A stretch of 64,000 bases of DNA from an uncultured Alphaproteobacteria bacterium (lineage in GTDB: Bacteria > Pseudomonadota > Alphaproteobacteria > Rhizobiales > Xanthobacteraceae). The stretch is from positions 967,824-1,031,823 of the forward strand of contig CAWHFS010000001.1 of NCBI GenBank assembly GCA_963828695.1, read 5' to 3'. How positions within the stretch are numbered: the stretch's first letter is position 1; the number at the start of each line of letters is the position of its first letter. This document shows, piece after piece, positions 30,164 to 40,702 of the stretch. Position numbers and translations under genes: made by a program. The notes under the pieces are model-generated. The model made no database searches. It saw nothing but the letters and a program-made list of their open reading frames with translations, and was not told where the DNA came from.

Positions 30164-31413
30164 GCGACCTGCCGATCCCCGACTACGCGCGCAACATGCG
30201 CATTGTCGGCCACAGCGACCAGGGTGGGCGGCCCGACGGCGTACAAGTGATGGTGCATCGCGGCTTCGCCTATGTGGGGCACATGTTCTCGAAAGGCTTC
30301 TCGGTCGTCGACGTGCGCGACGCCAGGAAACCGCGCGCAGTCTGCTACATCGCGGCCCCGCCAAATACCTGGAACATCCATCTGCAGACCCACGACGATC
30401 TGCTGCTGGTGATCAATGCCAAGGACATGTTCGCGGCCGCCGAGTTCGCCGACGAGCGCGCCTATTACAGCGGCGCATTGGGCAAAACGGTCGGCACGGC
30501 CGAGGCAATACGGGTGCGCGACTGGAACGCGGGGCTTGCCGTCTATGATATTTCCAGGCCGCAAGCGCCGCGCCGCATCGGCTTCATGCCGGTTGAAGGC
30601 GGCGGCATTCATCGCGTCTGGTACACCGGCGGACCTTGGGCTTACGCCTCGGTCCTGCTCGATGGCTTTTCCGACTATATTTTCATGACCATCGACATGA
30701 GCAATCCTGAGCAGCCGCGCGAAGCCGGGCGCTGGTGGATTCCCGGCATGAATCTGGCAACCGGCGAGACGCCATCATGGCCTGCGGCGCGACGCTACGG
30801 CCTGCACCACGCCATTGTTCACGGTGACACCGCCTATGCCGCGTGGCGCGACGCCGGCATGGTCGTGCTCGACATCGCCGACCGCAGCAAGCCGCAACTG
30901 ATCGTGCACAAGAACTGGTCGCCGCCGTTCGGCGGCGGGACGCACAATTGTCTGCCCTTACCGGACCGCGAGTTACTCGCGGTGCTGGACGAAGCGGTAC
31001 TCGATCGTCAGGAGGACGGGCTCAAGCTGATCTGGGTATTTGATAATCGCGTGCCCGGAAACCCTGTGAGCATTTCCACATTCCCGACGCCGGTGGAGGC
31101 CGACTACAAGGTAAAGGGCGGCCATTTCGGGCCACACAACATTCATGAGAACCGACCCGGCACTTTCATTTCCTCCCGGCTGATCTTCGCGACCTATCAG
31201 AACGCCGGCATACGCGTCTTCGACATCGCCGATCCGTTCATTCCCAAAGAAGTTGGAGCGCTGGTGCCGCCGCAGCCTGCAAAGCTCGCCGATACCCGCC
31301 CCAATCGAGAGCGCGTCATCCAGTCTGCCGATGTGTTCGTGGATGCAGCGGGGCTGATCTATGCCACCGACTACAATGCCGGGCTCTATATTCTGGAATT
31401 CGACGGCGCGTAA
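30160..31413 (+). CDS. LVIVD-repeat beta-propeller protein
   Basis: Repeated FSVVDVRD.RKP / LAVYDISRP..P / MVVLDIADRSKP / IRVFDIADPFIP units. ATGA overlap with the monooxygenase. Confidence 0.82.
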   Translation: MSDLPIPDYARNMRIVGHSDQGGRPDGVQVMVHRGFAYVGHMFSKGFSVVDVRDARKPRAVCYIAAPPNTWNIHLQTHDDLLLVINAKDMFAAAEFADERAYYSGALGKTVGTAEAIRVRDWNAGLAVYDISRPQAPRRIGFMPVEGGGIHRVWYTGGPWAYASVLLDGFSDYIFMTIDMSNPEQPREAGRWWIPGMNLATGETPSWPAARRYGLHHAIVHGDTAYAAWRDAGMVVLDIADRSKPQLIVHKNWSPPFGGGTHNCLPLPDRELLAVLDEAVLDRQEDGLKLIWVFDNRVPGNPVSISTFPTPVEADYKVKGGHFGPHNIHENRPGTFISSRLIFATYQNAGIRVFDIADPFIPKEVGALVPPQPAKLADTRPNRERVIQSADVFVDAAGLIYATDYNAGLYILEFDGA

Positions 31414-31416
31414 TAT

Positions 31417-32163
31417 CTACGCGCTCATCTTCTGTACCAGCGCGTCCGACACTTCGAAATTGGCGTAGACGTTCTGCACGTCGTCGCTTTCGTCCAGTGA
31501 CTCGATAAGCTTCAGCAATTTTTCGCCGGCTTCGTCATCGACTGAAACCGTATTCTGCGGCTTCCACAACAGCGCGGCCTTGCGCGGTTCGCCGAATTTC
31601 GATTCCAGTGCTTTCGCCACCTCGTTCAACGTGTCGGGCGTCGTGAAGATCTGGTGCCCGTCTTCGTTCGACACCACGTCCTCGGCGCCGGCCTCGATTG
31701 CCGCTTCCAGCATGGCGTCTGCGCTTGCGACCTTGGTGTCGAATTCGACGACGCCCACATGGGAGAACATGAATGACACGGCGCCCGTCTCGGCCAGGTT
31801 GCCGCCGTTCTTGGTGAAGATTGCGCGCACCTCGCCCGCGGTGCGGTTGCGGTTGTCGGTCAAGGCTTCGACGATTACCGCAACGCCGCCTGGTCCGTAT
31901 CCTTCGTAGCGGATTTCGTCGTAGTTCTCGGAATCCGAGCCTTGCGATTTTTTGATGGCGCGCTCGATATTGTCTTTCGGCATGTTCTCGACGCGGGCCG
32001 CGAGAACGGCCGCGCGCAGGCGCGGATTGAAGGCCGGATCGGGCATGCCGAGCTTGGCCGCCACCGTTATTTCACGCGCGAGCTTGCTGAACAGCCTGGA
32101 GCGCGCCTTATCCGCGCGCCCCTTCTTGTGCATGATATTCTTGAATTGGGAATGACCGGCCAT
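31417..32163 (-). CDS. yebC: YebC/PmpR family protein
   Basis: [38 protein letters not shown] and DDVQNVYAN. Confidence 0.97.
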   Translation of the reverse strand: MAGHSQFKNIMHKKGRADKARSRLFSKLAREITVAAKLGMPDPAFNPRLRAAVLAARVENMPKDNIERAIKKSQGSDSENYDEIRYEGYGPGGVAVIVEALTDNRNRTAGEVRAIFTKNGGNLAETGAVSFMFSHVGVVEFDTKVASADAMLEAAIEAGAEDVVSNEDGHQIFTTPDTLNEVAKALESKFGEPRKAALLWKPQNTVSVDDEAGEKLLKLIESLDESDDVQNVYANFEVSDALVQKMSA

Positions 32164-32259
32164 GACTTCTAAACTGCAATTTTAGGTGATGCAGGCGGGT
32201 ATATAGTCCGCCTGATCAAGAAAATAAATATATGAAATGATTGCGCCCGCGTCCCCGGC

Positions 32260-33609
32260 TTACGCCGCCGCAACCGCGACGTTGCGCAGAACCGCGTCGA
32301 TGACCACGCCGACTTTGCCGATATTCTGGTGCACACGCGATTTGTAGCGGGTGACAGCGTCGCGATCGACGATAAAAAACTTCTTTTCCGGATAGGTACG
32401 GCCGAAAATATCGATCAGCATGCTTCGGAACTTTCCCGAAACGATTTCCGGCGCATGTTCGTCGGGTTGTTCGGCATAGGCGACCAGTTCGGCCGAGGTC
32501 AGCGCGCACAGCAGCGGGTGCAGCCGTGCCGAATAGACTTGCCGATGGAGCTGAATGATCCGGATGGCATGGTCAAGCGCATGCTCTGGCCGTATTTCTT
32601 CACTGATCTGCAGCGGCTCTTCAACAGTCCCTTTGGCCATGGGGAACTGGTCGATCAGCCAGTCGCCGAGATGCACCACGTTTTTCCGGCCGCGGCCGTA
32701 CATCAGCACGTCGTCTTCGCAACGCGCGAACCAGGTATCGAGCCGGTCGAGGAGCCGGTCGAGTGCCGCGCGCGGTAGCAGCTCGCGATATTGCGTTCCG
32801 AAAATTCCGATCGAGGCCTTGCCGCGCGTAACGAAATCGAGGACGTCGTCCCCGAGCAGCGGCTTGAAGATGCTGTTGCCGGTGCCAAGCACCACCAGGT
32901 CGTATTTCTCGCGCGCCTGGTCGAGCGTATTGAATGTCAGATGATGCACTTCCGCCTCGCCCGGCAGCAGCGCATTGATCATATGGAATCCGAGGCGGTC
33001 GCCGAAATTGCCGCCGTCGCCGCTCGATACGACGGCCACGCTGCACGGCACGATCGACGCCAGCTTCTCGGTCGGCGTCAGCCGCATCATGACCTGCATG
33101 TCGTCGATTGGCGCTGTGCACTCGATGCGGAAGCCATAGCGATCGAACAGCAACGCGAGGTCGTAAAAGCTCAGGTTGTTGACAAAGCCGAGCGCCGCGC
33201 GGTCGCGCCCGCCAGACAGATCGGACGCACAATAGCTTAGAACGATATCCTGCTTGCAAAAGCGCAGATGGGTGAAGAAACTTTCAACGTCGGCGATCTG
33301 CTCGAGCGCGCCGAGCATCACGATGATGTCGGAATTGGCCGCGGCCTGAGTCGGGAAATCTCCGACGTTCAAATCGCAGACGATCGCGCCGCTGCCGCGC
33401 GCGACCCGATCGCAGATCTGATAGCTGCAGCCGGCCGGGAGGAGACCCTGCAGCGTCGAATCGCCGAAAGACAACTCAAGCACGCGCGAGCCGGCCGGAA
33501 TGAATTGGGCTGCGAGCTCCGCCCGGGCTTCGGCCCCGGGCGCCGCTGACGACGGCTCGCCGTCTGGAATGCGCTCGAGCGCAAGATTGCGATTGACCTG
33601 CAGGTTCAT
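32260..33609 (-). CDS. Fusion of a class I SAM methyltransferase-like domain and a polysaccharide pyruvyltransferase-like domain
   Basis: N-terminal RVLELSFG..., CDLNVGDFP and IIVMLGALEQI. C-terminal GNFGDRLG, VVLGTGNSI, HLGDW and YSARLHPL. Confidence 0.65.
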   Translation of the reverse strand: MNLQVNRNLALERIPDGEPSSAAPGAEARAELAAQFIPAGSRVLELSFGDSTLQGLLPAGCSYQICDRVARGSGAIVCDLNVGDFPTQAAANSDIIVMLGALEQIADVESFFTHLRFCKQDIVLSYCASDLSGGRDRAALGFVNNLSFYDLALLFDRYGFRIECTAPIDDMQVMMRLTPTEKLASIVPCSVAVVSSGDGGNFGDRLGFHMINALLPGEAEVHHLTFNTLDQAREKYDLVVLGTGNSIFKPLLGDDVLDFVTRGKASIGIFGTQYRELLPRAALDRLLDRLDTWFARCEDDVLMYGRGRKNVVHLGDWLIDQFPMAKGTVEEPLQISEEIRPEHALDHAIRIIQLHRQVYSARLHPLLCALTSAELVAYAEQPDEHAPEIVSGKFRSMLIDIFGRTYPEKKFFIVDRDAVTRYKSRVHQNIGKVGVVIDAVLRNVAVAAA

Positions 33610-33718
33610 GTCCGCCGTGCCGAGGTAACGATGCCGTACCCAGCACTAGCCGGCAAATCACCGTGCCTTACCGAATCATCGCGGCGAGTCGCGGTCAACC
33701 CGAACGTTGCAAATAAAA

Positions 33719-34540
33719 TTATTGCCAGAAGCCGGGGCTCGCCTGCTCCAGGATGCCACCAAGCCGCACGGCGCCGACACGACGCGCGAGGCCGCTGGCA
33801 TCATCGGTCTCCACGGCGAGTCCGCACAGGGTTGCCGGGCCGTTTGCCGGCTCGAATTTGGAGCCCGGCAATTTGCGCAGGAAACGGTTGAGCGGCTCGT
33901 CTTTATTCATGCCGATGACCGATTCGAAATCGCCGGTCATGCCGACGTCCGACACAAAGGCGGTACCCGCCGGAAGGATGCGGTGATCTGCGGTCGGACA
34001 ATGTGTATGGGTGCCGACTACCAGGCTCGACCGCCCGTCGCAGAAAAAACCCATGGCCTGCTTTTCGCTGGTGGCCTCGCAATGCATGTCGATCACGATG
34101 GCGTCGGCGCCGGACTTGAGCGCGCAGGCGGACAATTCCCTTTCGATTGCTGCGAATGGGTCGTCGAGCGCGTCCATGAAGATGCGCCCCATGGCGTTGA
34201 CCACCAAGGCGCGCTTGCCGTTCTTGGCATCGATCAGGGTCGCGCCGCGGCCGGGAGTACCGGCGGGATAATTGACGGGGCGGATCAGGCGCGGCGCGCG
34301 TTCGATGAATACCAGCGCCTCGCGCTGATCCCATGCGTGATTTCCGAGCGTGATGGCATCGGCGCCGGCATCGATCAGTTCGTTGTAGATCGCCTCGGTG
34401 ATGCCGAATCCGCCGGCGGCGTTCTCGCCGTTGACGACGACAAGGTCGAGCTTCCACTGCGCGATCAGGCCAGGCAAACGCTCCAGGACAATTGCACGGC
34501 CCGATCGGCCGACCACGTCGCCAATGAAAAGAATGCGCAT
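33719..34540 (-). CDS. YmdB-like (TIGR00282) metallophosphoesterase
   Basis: LFIGDVVGRSGR, VNGENAAGG, TLGNHAWD, DMHCEATSEK, GTHTHCPT and DVGMTG. Confidence 0.95.
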   Translation of the reverse strand: MRILFIGDVVGRSGRAIVLERLPGLIAQWKLDLVVVNGENAAGGFGITEAIYNELIDAGADAITLGNHAWDQREALVFIERAPRLIRPVNYPAGTPGRGATLIDAKNGKRALVVNAMGRIFMDALDDPFAAIERELSACALKSGADAIVIDMHCEATSEKQAMGFFCDGRSSLVVGTHTHCPTADHRILPAGTAFVSDVGMTGDFESVIGMNKDEPLNRFLRKLPGSKFEPANGPATLCGLAVETDDASGLARRVGAVRLGGILEQASPGFWQ

Positions 34541-34545
34541 GCTGG

Positions 34546-35136
34546 CTATGACTCGCGCAAATCGATTGTCTCACGCTCCGTTAGCACGAAGTCGAGCCGC
34601 TCGTCGCGCTCCGTGACCGGAACCTGTGGAATTTCCTGGGCGGCGAAAGCTACGCCAATGGCGGAGACCTTCTTCGTCGCGCGCAGCGCGTTGATGGTCA
34701 TGTCGTAATAGCCGGCACCGTAACCGATGCGGTGACCCCGACGGTCGAACGCGGCGAGCGGCACAATAAGGATGTCGGGCGCAACTTCCGCAGCCTCCGG
34801 CATCGGCTCTCGAATTCCCCATTGGCCGGTCTTGAGCGCATCGCCGAATGTCCAAGCGCGCATGATCAAAGGTTTGCCCCGCCCCGCAATGGCCGGCAGC
34901 GCGAGCTGCGCGCCGCCGTCAGCGAGCCTGCGCATCAACGGGATCGGATTGATCTCCGATTTCATCGGCGAGAAGCCTGAGACGATGGTGCCTGGCGCTA
35001 TCTTCAGTGGAAATGTGCGGTCCGCAATCGCTTCCGCCGCTGCCGCCCGCACCGCCGGCGGTAGCGCGTCGCGCAGCGAGATGGCTTGCGCACGAAGGAC
35101 AGCTTTGGGCGAGGGCGTTTCGGTCAATTCAGACAC
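34546..35136 (-). CDS. ygfA: 5-formyltetrahydrofolate cyclo-ligase
   Basis: WGIREP, DILIVPLAAFDRRGHRIGYGAGYYD. GTG start at 35136; the upstream part of the listed ORF lies in the 6S RNA. Confidence 0.93.
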   Translation of the reverse strand: MSELTETPSPKAVLRAQAISLRDALPPAVRAAAAEAIADRTFPLKIAPGTIVSGFSPMKSEINPIPLMRRLADGGAQLALPAIAGRGKPLIMRAWTFGDALKTGQWGIREPMPEAAEVAPDILIVPLAAFDRRGHRIGYGAGYYDMTINALRATKKVSAIGVAFAAQEIPQVPVTERDERLDFVLTERETIDLRES

Positions 35137-35143
35137 AACAATA

Positions 35144-35298
35144 GTGCGGAGCCGCGATGGCCGTCGGAGGTGATCCCGGGAACCTACATAAGTAGGTGGG
35201 CGCCATATGACCGAGCCCACGAGCCCAGTCAGGGACAGCTCCCGTTAGGATCGTAAGGCCCCGGGGAATTTTCTCCGTCGCGCCCCACAGCCCCGCCC
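35144..35298 (-). ncRNA. ssrS: 6S RNA
   Basis: Canonical zapA-6S-ygfA position. 5' GCGGGGCUGUG pairs with 3' CGCGGCUCCGC. Contains alphaproteobacterial 6S-like segments CCCCGGGGCCUU, GGGAGCUGUCCCUG and GGCGCCCACCUAC. Confidence 0.9.
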
Positions 35299-35372
35299 GG
35301 ACAATGTAGTGGTTCGGCGGTACGGGCGCCATGCCGTCTCTCTCACGGTACAAGCTAAGTGGTAAACGTCGC

Positions 35373-35756
35373 TTACCCGATCGCCACACCGTTGCCGAGC
35401 GTCGCATTGAGCTTTTTGGCGATGCCTTCCAGCCGCTCGGCCGCCGAATTGAAGGCCTTGATCACCGCATCCGACGCCACCTTCGCGCGATCGGACGCGA
35501 TCACGCGCGCATCCTGCAGCGCGGCGGTTTCCTCTTCCAGTCTGCGCATGCGGCGATTGGCCTCTGACAGTTCGTCAGCCAACGTCAGCGCCGCCATCAC
35601 CGTCAGCCGCGTATCACCAATCTCGCCGAACTTGGCGCGCAAGCCGCTGATCCGCTCATCGAGCTCCTCAGCGAGCTTCTGCAGATGATCTTCCTGTCCA
35701 TCCTCGCATGCGAGGCGGAATTGGCGGCCGGCGACAGTGGCATTCACTTGGGCCAT
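35373..35756 (-). CDS. zapA: Cell division protein ZapA
   Basis: QVNATVAGRQFRLACEDGQEDHL and RLTVMAALTLADEL. Confidence 0.93.
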   Translation of the reverse strand: MAQVNATVAGRQFRLACEDGQEDHLQKLAEELDERISGLRAKFGEIGDTRLTVMAALTLADELSEANRRMRRLEEETAALQDARVIASDRAKVASDAVIKAFNSAAERLEGIAKKLNATLGNGVAIG

Positions 35757-35773
35757 GACATCATCCATCCCTT

Positions 35774-35817
35774 GCGATCACTTCCGAAAACCGGATCCCG
35801 TTTTTCGCACGCATGCG
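35774..35817. repeat. Degenerate copy of the ~45-bp palindromic repeat
   Basis: Minus strand (TAG)CGCATGCGTGCGAAAAACGGGATCCGGTTTTCGGAAGTGATCGC, directly after a TAG stop like the 13636 copy. Confidence 0.6.
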
Positions 35818-36096
35818 CTACTCGTTTGCATCCAACACCGACTGGATCGAAGCGATGGCCGTATCCAGCCGCTGGGCGATTTCCCTGTTGGTCGTTTCCA
35901 GCCGTCTTGAGCGCGCGGTTTCACCGTCGAGCGCAGCGGCGAGGCGGGTCCGGTCAACGCCGAGGGAATGGACCTGGGCCGCGAGGGCCTCCACGCTGCG
36001 GTCGGCCTGCTGACGCCGTTCAACTGCGGCATCGAGCGCGTCAAGCGCCAGCGCCAGACGTTTGACTGCCATATCGATTGCGCTTTGGTCGGTCAT
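35818..36096 (-). CDS. DUF4164 coiled-coil protein (ZapB-like position)
   Basis: AVKRLALALDALDAAVERR...LETTNREIAQRLDTAIASIQSVL, upstream of zapA. Confidence 0.85.
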   Translation of the reverse strand: MTDQSAIDMAVKRLALALDALDAAVERRQQADRSVEALAAQVHSLGVDRTRLAAALDGETARSRRLETTNREIAQRLDTAIASIQSVLDANE

Positions 36097-36300
36097 CGCG
36101 CGCATCCGCACTCAAAAACTCTTGCGGCCGCAATTGTTTAGCCGAAGAACTTTACGTGCTGCACGATCCATCCGTCAACGCTCGCCGAGCGATATGCCCT
36201 GATGTTTTCAGCCCCCTGTGCATGGCTGCGAAGCGCCGCCCTGGTCACATTGACTCGGGGGCCTCACATGCTATCCACCCCACGCAAACAGGCCTTTTCC

Positions 36301-38355
36301 ATGAGTGCAAACGCTTCGCCGACGGCCGCCGTGGCGCCAACTGAGCGTCGCGGGCAACCGGCTGCAGCCTTCGCCGTCGCCCATACGAGCATGGCCAATG
36401 CCATCCGCGCCCTGGCGATGGACGCCGTCGAGCAGGCAAAATCCGGTCATCCAGGCATGCCGATGGGCATGGCCGATGTGGCGACCGTACTGTTCACACA
36501 ATTCCTGAAATTCGATCCTGCCGATCCCGCTTGGCCCGATCGCGACCGCTTCGTCCTCTCGGCCGGCCATGGCTCGATGCTAATCTACGCGCTGTTGTAC
36601 CTCACCGGGTACGAGGCGATGACGCTCGATCAGATTAAGCGTTTCCGCCAGCTCGGCTCGATCACAGCCGGCCATCCGGAATACGGCCACACACCCGGCG
36701 TGGAGACGACCACAGGTCCACTCGGCCAGGGATTGGCAAACGCGGTTGGCATGGCCATCGCAGAGCGTCATCTCGCAGCGGAATTCGGCGACGTGGTGGA
36801 TCACAAGACCTACGTGATCGCGTCAGACGGCGATCTGATGGAAGGCATTAGCCAGGAAGCGATTGCGCTCGCCGGCCACCTGAAGCTTTCCAGACTGGTC
36901 GTCCTGTTCGACGACAACGGCATTTCCATCGACGGCGCGCTGTCGCTCGCCGACAGCGTCGATCAGATGAAACGCTTCGAGGCCGCCGGCTGGACGGCGT
37001 TACGTATCGATGGCCACGATCCGGCCGCGATCGCCGCCGCGCTGGAAAAGGCACAAAGCGCCGACAGGCCGGTGCTGATCGCGTGCAAAACAACGATTGG
37101 GTATGGCGCGCCGACGAAGGCCGGCAAGGCGTCCTCTCATGGTTCGCCGCTCGGCACCGATGAGATCAAAGGTGCGCGCGAAAAACTTGGCTGGTCCCAC
37201 GCGCCGTTCGAAATTCCGTCGGAAATCCTTTCGGCCTGGCGCAATGCCGGCGAACGGTCAATATCCGCACATGCCGACTGGAACAAGCGCCTCGCCGCGC
37301 TCGACGCCGGCAGGCGTGACGAATTCGAGCGCCGTATGAAAGGCGATTTGCCGAAGCAGCTGCTCAACGATGCGGTGCGTGCAGTGAAACAGTCGCTCGC
37401 TGCCACACCGAAGGAGATCGCCACCCGCACGGCTTGTGAATTGGCGCTTGAAAGCCTCATTCCGGCACTGCCGGAAATGATCGGCGGCTCGGCCGATCTG
37501 ACCGGCTCCAACAATACCCGCACCAAATCGATGAAGGCCTTATCGGCCGCCGACTACTCCGGCCGCTTCATCCATTATGGCGTGCGCGAGCACGGCATGG
37601 CCGCCGCCATGAACGGCATGGCGCTGCACGGCGGCATCATTCCGTATTCCGGCACGTTCCTGGTATTCTCGGACTATTGCCGTCCGGCGATCCGGCTGGC
37701 CGCGCTGATGGGTCTTCGCGTCATTCATGTGATGACCCACGACTCGATCGGCCTCGGCGAGGATGGGCCGACGCACCAGCCGGTCGAGCACCTCGCCGCA
37801 CTACGCGCGATCCCTAACCTGCTCGTTTTTCGGCCGTGCGACGCGGTGGAGACCGCCGAGTGCTGGCAACTGGCGCTGGAAGCGAGAAACCGGCCGAGCG
37901 TGCTTGCGCTCACACGACAAAATCTGCCGCAACTCTCAAAGAATTTTCTTGATATCAACCGCTGTGCCGCCGGTGCGTATGAAATCGCCGGGGCTGAGGG
38001 GAAGGCGGAAGTCTCAATCTTCGCCAGCGGTTCCGAAGTTGCGATCGCGGTGGATGCCAAGAGCCTGCTGGCCGCGAAGGGCGTGCCCGCGCGCGTGGTT
38101 TCGGTCCCCTGCGTGGAATTGCTGATGGAGGCGCCCGATGCCGCCCGCCGCGCGGTGATCGGCTCCGCGCCGGTCAAAATCGGCGTGGAAGCCGCGGTGC
38201 GTCAGGGCTGGGACGCCATCATCGGCTCCGACGGCGTGTTCGTTGGCATGACCTCATTCGGCGCCAGCGCACCCTATAAGGAACTCTACAAGAAATTTGG
38301 CATTACCGCAGAGGGCGTTGCCGCTGCGGCATTGCGTAAACTTGGGAAGCAGTAA
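36301..38355 (+). CDS. tkt: Transketolase (start uncertain)
   Basis: [39 protein letters not shown] and [16 protein letters not shown]. Confidence 0.98.
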   Translation: MSANASPTAAVAPTERRGQPAAAFAVAHTSMANAIRALAMDAVEQAKSGHPGMPMGMADVATVLFTQFLKFDPADPAWPDRDRFVLSAGHGSMLIYALLYLTGYEAMTLDQIKRFRQLGSITAGHPEYGHTPGVETTTGPLGQGLANAVGMAIAERHLAAEFGDVVDHKTYVIASDGDLMEGISQEAIALAGHLKLSRLVVLFDDNGISIDGALSLADSVDQMKRFEAAGWTALRIDGHDPAAIAAALEKAQSADRPVLIACKTTIGYGAPTKAGKASSHGSPLGTDEIKGAREKLGWSHAPFEIPSEILSAWRNAGERSISAHADWNKRLAALDAGRRDEFERRMKGDLPKQLLNDAVRAVKQSLAATPKEIATRTACELALESLIPALPEMIGGSADLTGSNNTRTKSMKALSAADYSGRFIHYGVREHGMAAAMNGMALHGGIIPYSGTFLVFSDYCRPAIRLAALMGLRVIHVMTHDSIGLGEDGPTHQPVEHLAALRAIPNLLVFRPCDAVETAECWQLALEARNRPSVLALTRQNLPQLSKNFLDINRCAAGAYEIAGAEGKAEVSIFASGSEVAIAVDAKSLLAAKGVPARVVSVPCVELLMEAPDAARRAVIGSAPVKIGVEAAVRQGWDAIIGSDGVFVGMTSFGASAPYKELYKKFGITAEGVAAAALRKLGKQ

Positions 38356-38423
38356 GCGAGCACTATATTTGCGTCACGGCCCAGCGTGGCCATGACAGAC
38401 TGAACGAGCCGGGAGCGACTTCA

Positions 38424-39431
38424 ATGACTGTACGCGTTGCCATCAACGGATTCGGCCGTATCGGCCGGAATATTTTGCGCGCCATCGCCGAGTCGGGCCG
38501 CAGCGATATCGCGGTTGTCGCGCTGAACGATCTCGGGCCGGTCGAAACCAATGCACATCTGTTGCGCTACGATTCCGTGCACGGCCGCTTCCCCGGCGAA
38601 GTCACCGTCAAGGGGGACACCATCAGCGTCGGCAACGGTGCGATCAAAGTGACCGCCGTCAAGGATCCGACCACACTGCCGTGGAAAGATCTCGGCATTG
38701 ACATCGCACTTGAGTGCACCGGCATCTTCACGGCCAAGGACAAGGCATCTGCCCATCTGACCGCAGGGGCCAAGCGCGTTTTGGTGTCCGCGCCCGCCGA
38801 CGGCGCCGACCTGACGGTCGTCTACGGCGTCAATCACGACAAGCTCACGAAAGACCACAAGGTCGTCTCCAACGCCTCCTGCACCACCAATTGCCTGGCC
38901 CCCGTCGCCAAGGTGCTCAACGACGCCGTAGGCATCGACAAGGGCTTCATGACGACCATCCACGCCTACACCAATGACCAGCCGACGCTCGATCAAATGC
39001 ACAAGGATCTCTATCGCGCGCGCGCGGCCGGCCTCAACATGATCCCGACCTCGACCGGCGCGGCCAAGGCAGTCGGTCTGGTATTGCCGGAACTCAACGG
39101 CAAGCTCGACGGCGTCTCGATCCGCGTGCCGGTGCCGAATGTGTCGGTGATCGACTTCAAATTCGTCGCCAAGAGGGCAACCACCAAGGACGAGATCAAC
39201 GGCGCCATCAAGCGCGCCGCGGAGCAGCAGCTCAAGGGAATTCTTGGCTTCACCACGCAGCCAAATGTCTCGCACGATTTTAATCACGACTCCCATTCCT
39301 CGGTATTCCATATGGACCAGACCAAGGTGATGGACGGCACGCTGGTGCGCGTGATGTCGTGGTACGACAACGAATGGGGCTTCTCCAATCGTATGGCGGA
39401 TACCGCCGTAGCGATGGGCAAGTTGCTCTGA
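38424..39431 (+). CDS. gap: Glyceraldehyde-3-phosphate dehydrogenase, type I
   Basis: [21 protein letters not shown] and WYDNEWGFS. Confidence 0.98.
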   Translation: MTVRVAINGFGRIGRNILRAIAESGRSDIAVVALNDLGPVETNAHLLRYDSVHGRFPGEVTVKGDTISVGNGAIKVTAVKDPTTLPWKDLGIDIALECTGIFTAKDKASAHLTAGAKRVLVSAPADGADLTVVYGVNHDKLTKDHKVVSNASCTTNCLAPVAKVLNDAVGIDKGFMTTIHAYTNDQPTLDQMHKDLYRARAAGLNMIPTSTGAAKAVGLVLPELNGKLDGVSIRVPVPNVSVIDFKFVAKRATTKDEINGAIKRAAEQQLKGILGFTTQPNVSHDFNHDSHSSVFHMDQTKVMDGTLVRVMSWYDNEWGFSNRMADTAVAMGKLL

Positions 39432-39455
39432 AGCCGCTCGCCGCCCGAGCGAAAC

Positions 39456-40649
39456 ATGAGCGCGTTCCGCACTCTCGACCACGTCGACGTGAAGGGAAAG
39501 CGCGTTCTTGTGCGCGTAGACCTCAACGTACCGGTAGAGAATGGCGTCGTCAGTGATGCGACACGCATCGAGCGCGCCGCGCCCGCTATCACTGAAATCT
39601 CCGATAAGGGCGGCAAGGTCATCCTGCTGTCGCATTTCGGCCGACCCAAGGGGCGCGATCCCAAATTCTCGCTCAAGCCGGTGGCCGCCGAAGTGGCGCA
39701 TGTCATCAAGCGACCGGTTGCCTTCGCCGACGACTGCATTGGCGAAATCGCCGAACGCGCTGTCTCCGCCATGCGGCCGGGCGACATCCTGTGTCTCGAA
39801 AACACGCGCTTCCATGCCGGCGAGGAAAAGAACGACAAGGATTTCGTCGCGGCCTTGGCCAAGCTTGGCGATATCTGGGTCAATGACGCCTTCTCCGCCG
39901 CGCATCGCGCGCATGCCTCAACCGAAGGGCTCGGCCACGTGCTGCCGGCCTATGCGGGCCGCACCATGCAGGCGGAGCTCGAAGCACTCGAACAGGCGCT
40001 CGACAGACCGACCCGTCCGGTCGCCGCTATCGTCGGCGGCGCCAAGATCTCCACAAAGCTTGATCTGCTTTCCAACCTGCTGCAGAAAGTGGACGCACTC
40101 ATCATCGGCGGCGCTATGGCCAATACGTTCCTGCTCGCCCAGGGCAAGACGATTGGCAAGTCGCTGGTCGAAGCCGACCTCGTGCCGACGGCGCAAAAGA
40201 TCATGACCGAAGCGAAGAGCGCAAAGCGCGAGATCGTCTTGCCGGTCGACGCCGTGGTAGCTGAAAAGTTTGAAGCGCATGCACCCTCGCGCGTAGTGGA
40301 TACCGATCATGTGGGTGCAAACGACATGATGCTGGACATCGGGCCGCGCAGTGTGGAGCAGGCCGTGTCGGTATTGGCACGCTCAAAGACACTGGTGTGG
40401 AACGGCCCGTTCGGCGCATTCGAAATGGAACCGTTCGACAACGGCACGGTGGAAGTGGCGGAAGCGGCGGCGGAACTCACCGAGGCCCACAAGCTTGCCT
40501 CGGTAGCCGGCGGTGGAGACACAGTGGCGGCCCTCAATGTCGCAGGCGTCACGGGGCGGTTCACCTATGTATCCACAGCCGGTGGCGCCTTTCTGGAATG
40601 GCTGGAGGGCAAGCCCTTGCCGGGGGTCGAGGTGTTGAGAGTAAAATGA
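39456..40649 (+). CDS. pgk: Phosphoglycerate kinase
   Basis: [27 protein letters not shown] and [13 protein letters not shown]. Confidence 0.98.
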   Translation: MSAFRTLDHVDVKGKRVLVRVDLNVPVENGVVSDATRIERAAPAITEISDKGGKVILLSHFGRPKGRDPKFSLKPVAAEVAHVIKRPVAFADDCIGEIAERAVSAMRPGDILCLENTRFHAGEEKNDKDFVAALAKLGDIWVNDAFSAAHRAHASTEGLGHVLPAYAGRTMQAELEALEQALDRPTRPVAAIVGGAKISTKLDLLSNLLQKVDALIIGGAMANTFLLAQGKTIGKSLVEADLVPTAQKIMTEAKSAKREIVLPVDAVVAEKFEAHAPSRVVDTDHVGANDMMLDIGPRSVEQAVSVLARSKTLVWNGPFGAFEMEPFDNGTVEVAEAAAELTEAHKLASVAGGGDTVAALNVAGVTGRFTYVSTAGGAFLEWLEGKPLPGVEVLRVK

Positions 40650-40702
40650 AGGCGAAAAGCGGCGTTCCCGGCGCGATGTGACGGGATGCGATGGAGGACA
40701 AC

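Noticed and set aside
35137-35220. N-terminal extension of ygfA in the ORF track
   Set aside because: It lies within the 6S RNA. GTG at 35136 gives a normal-length protein.
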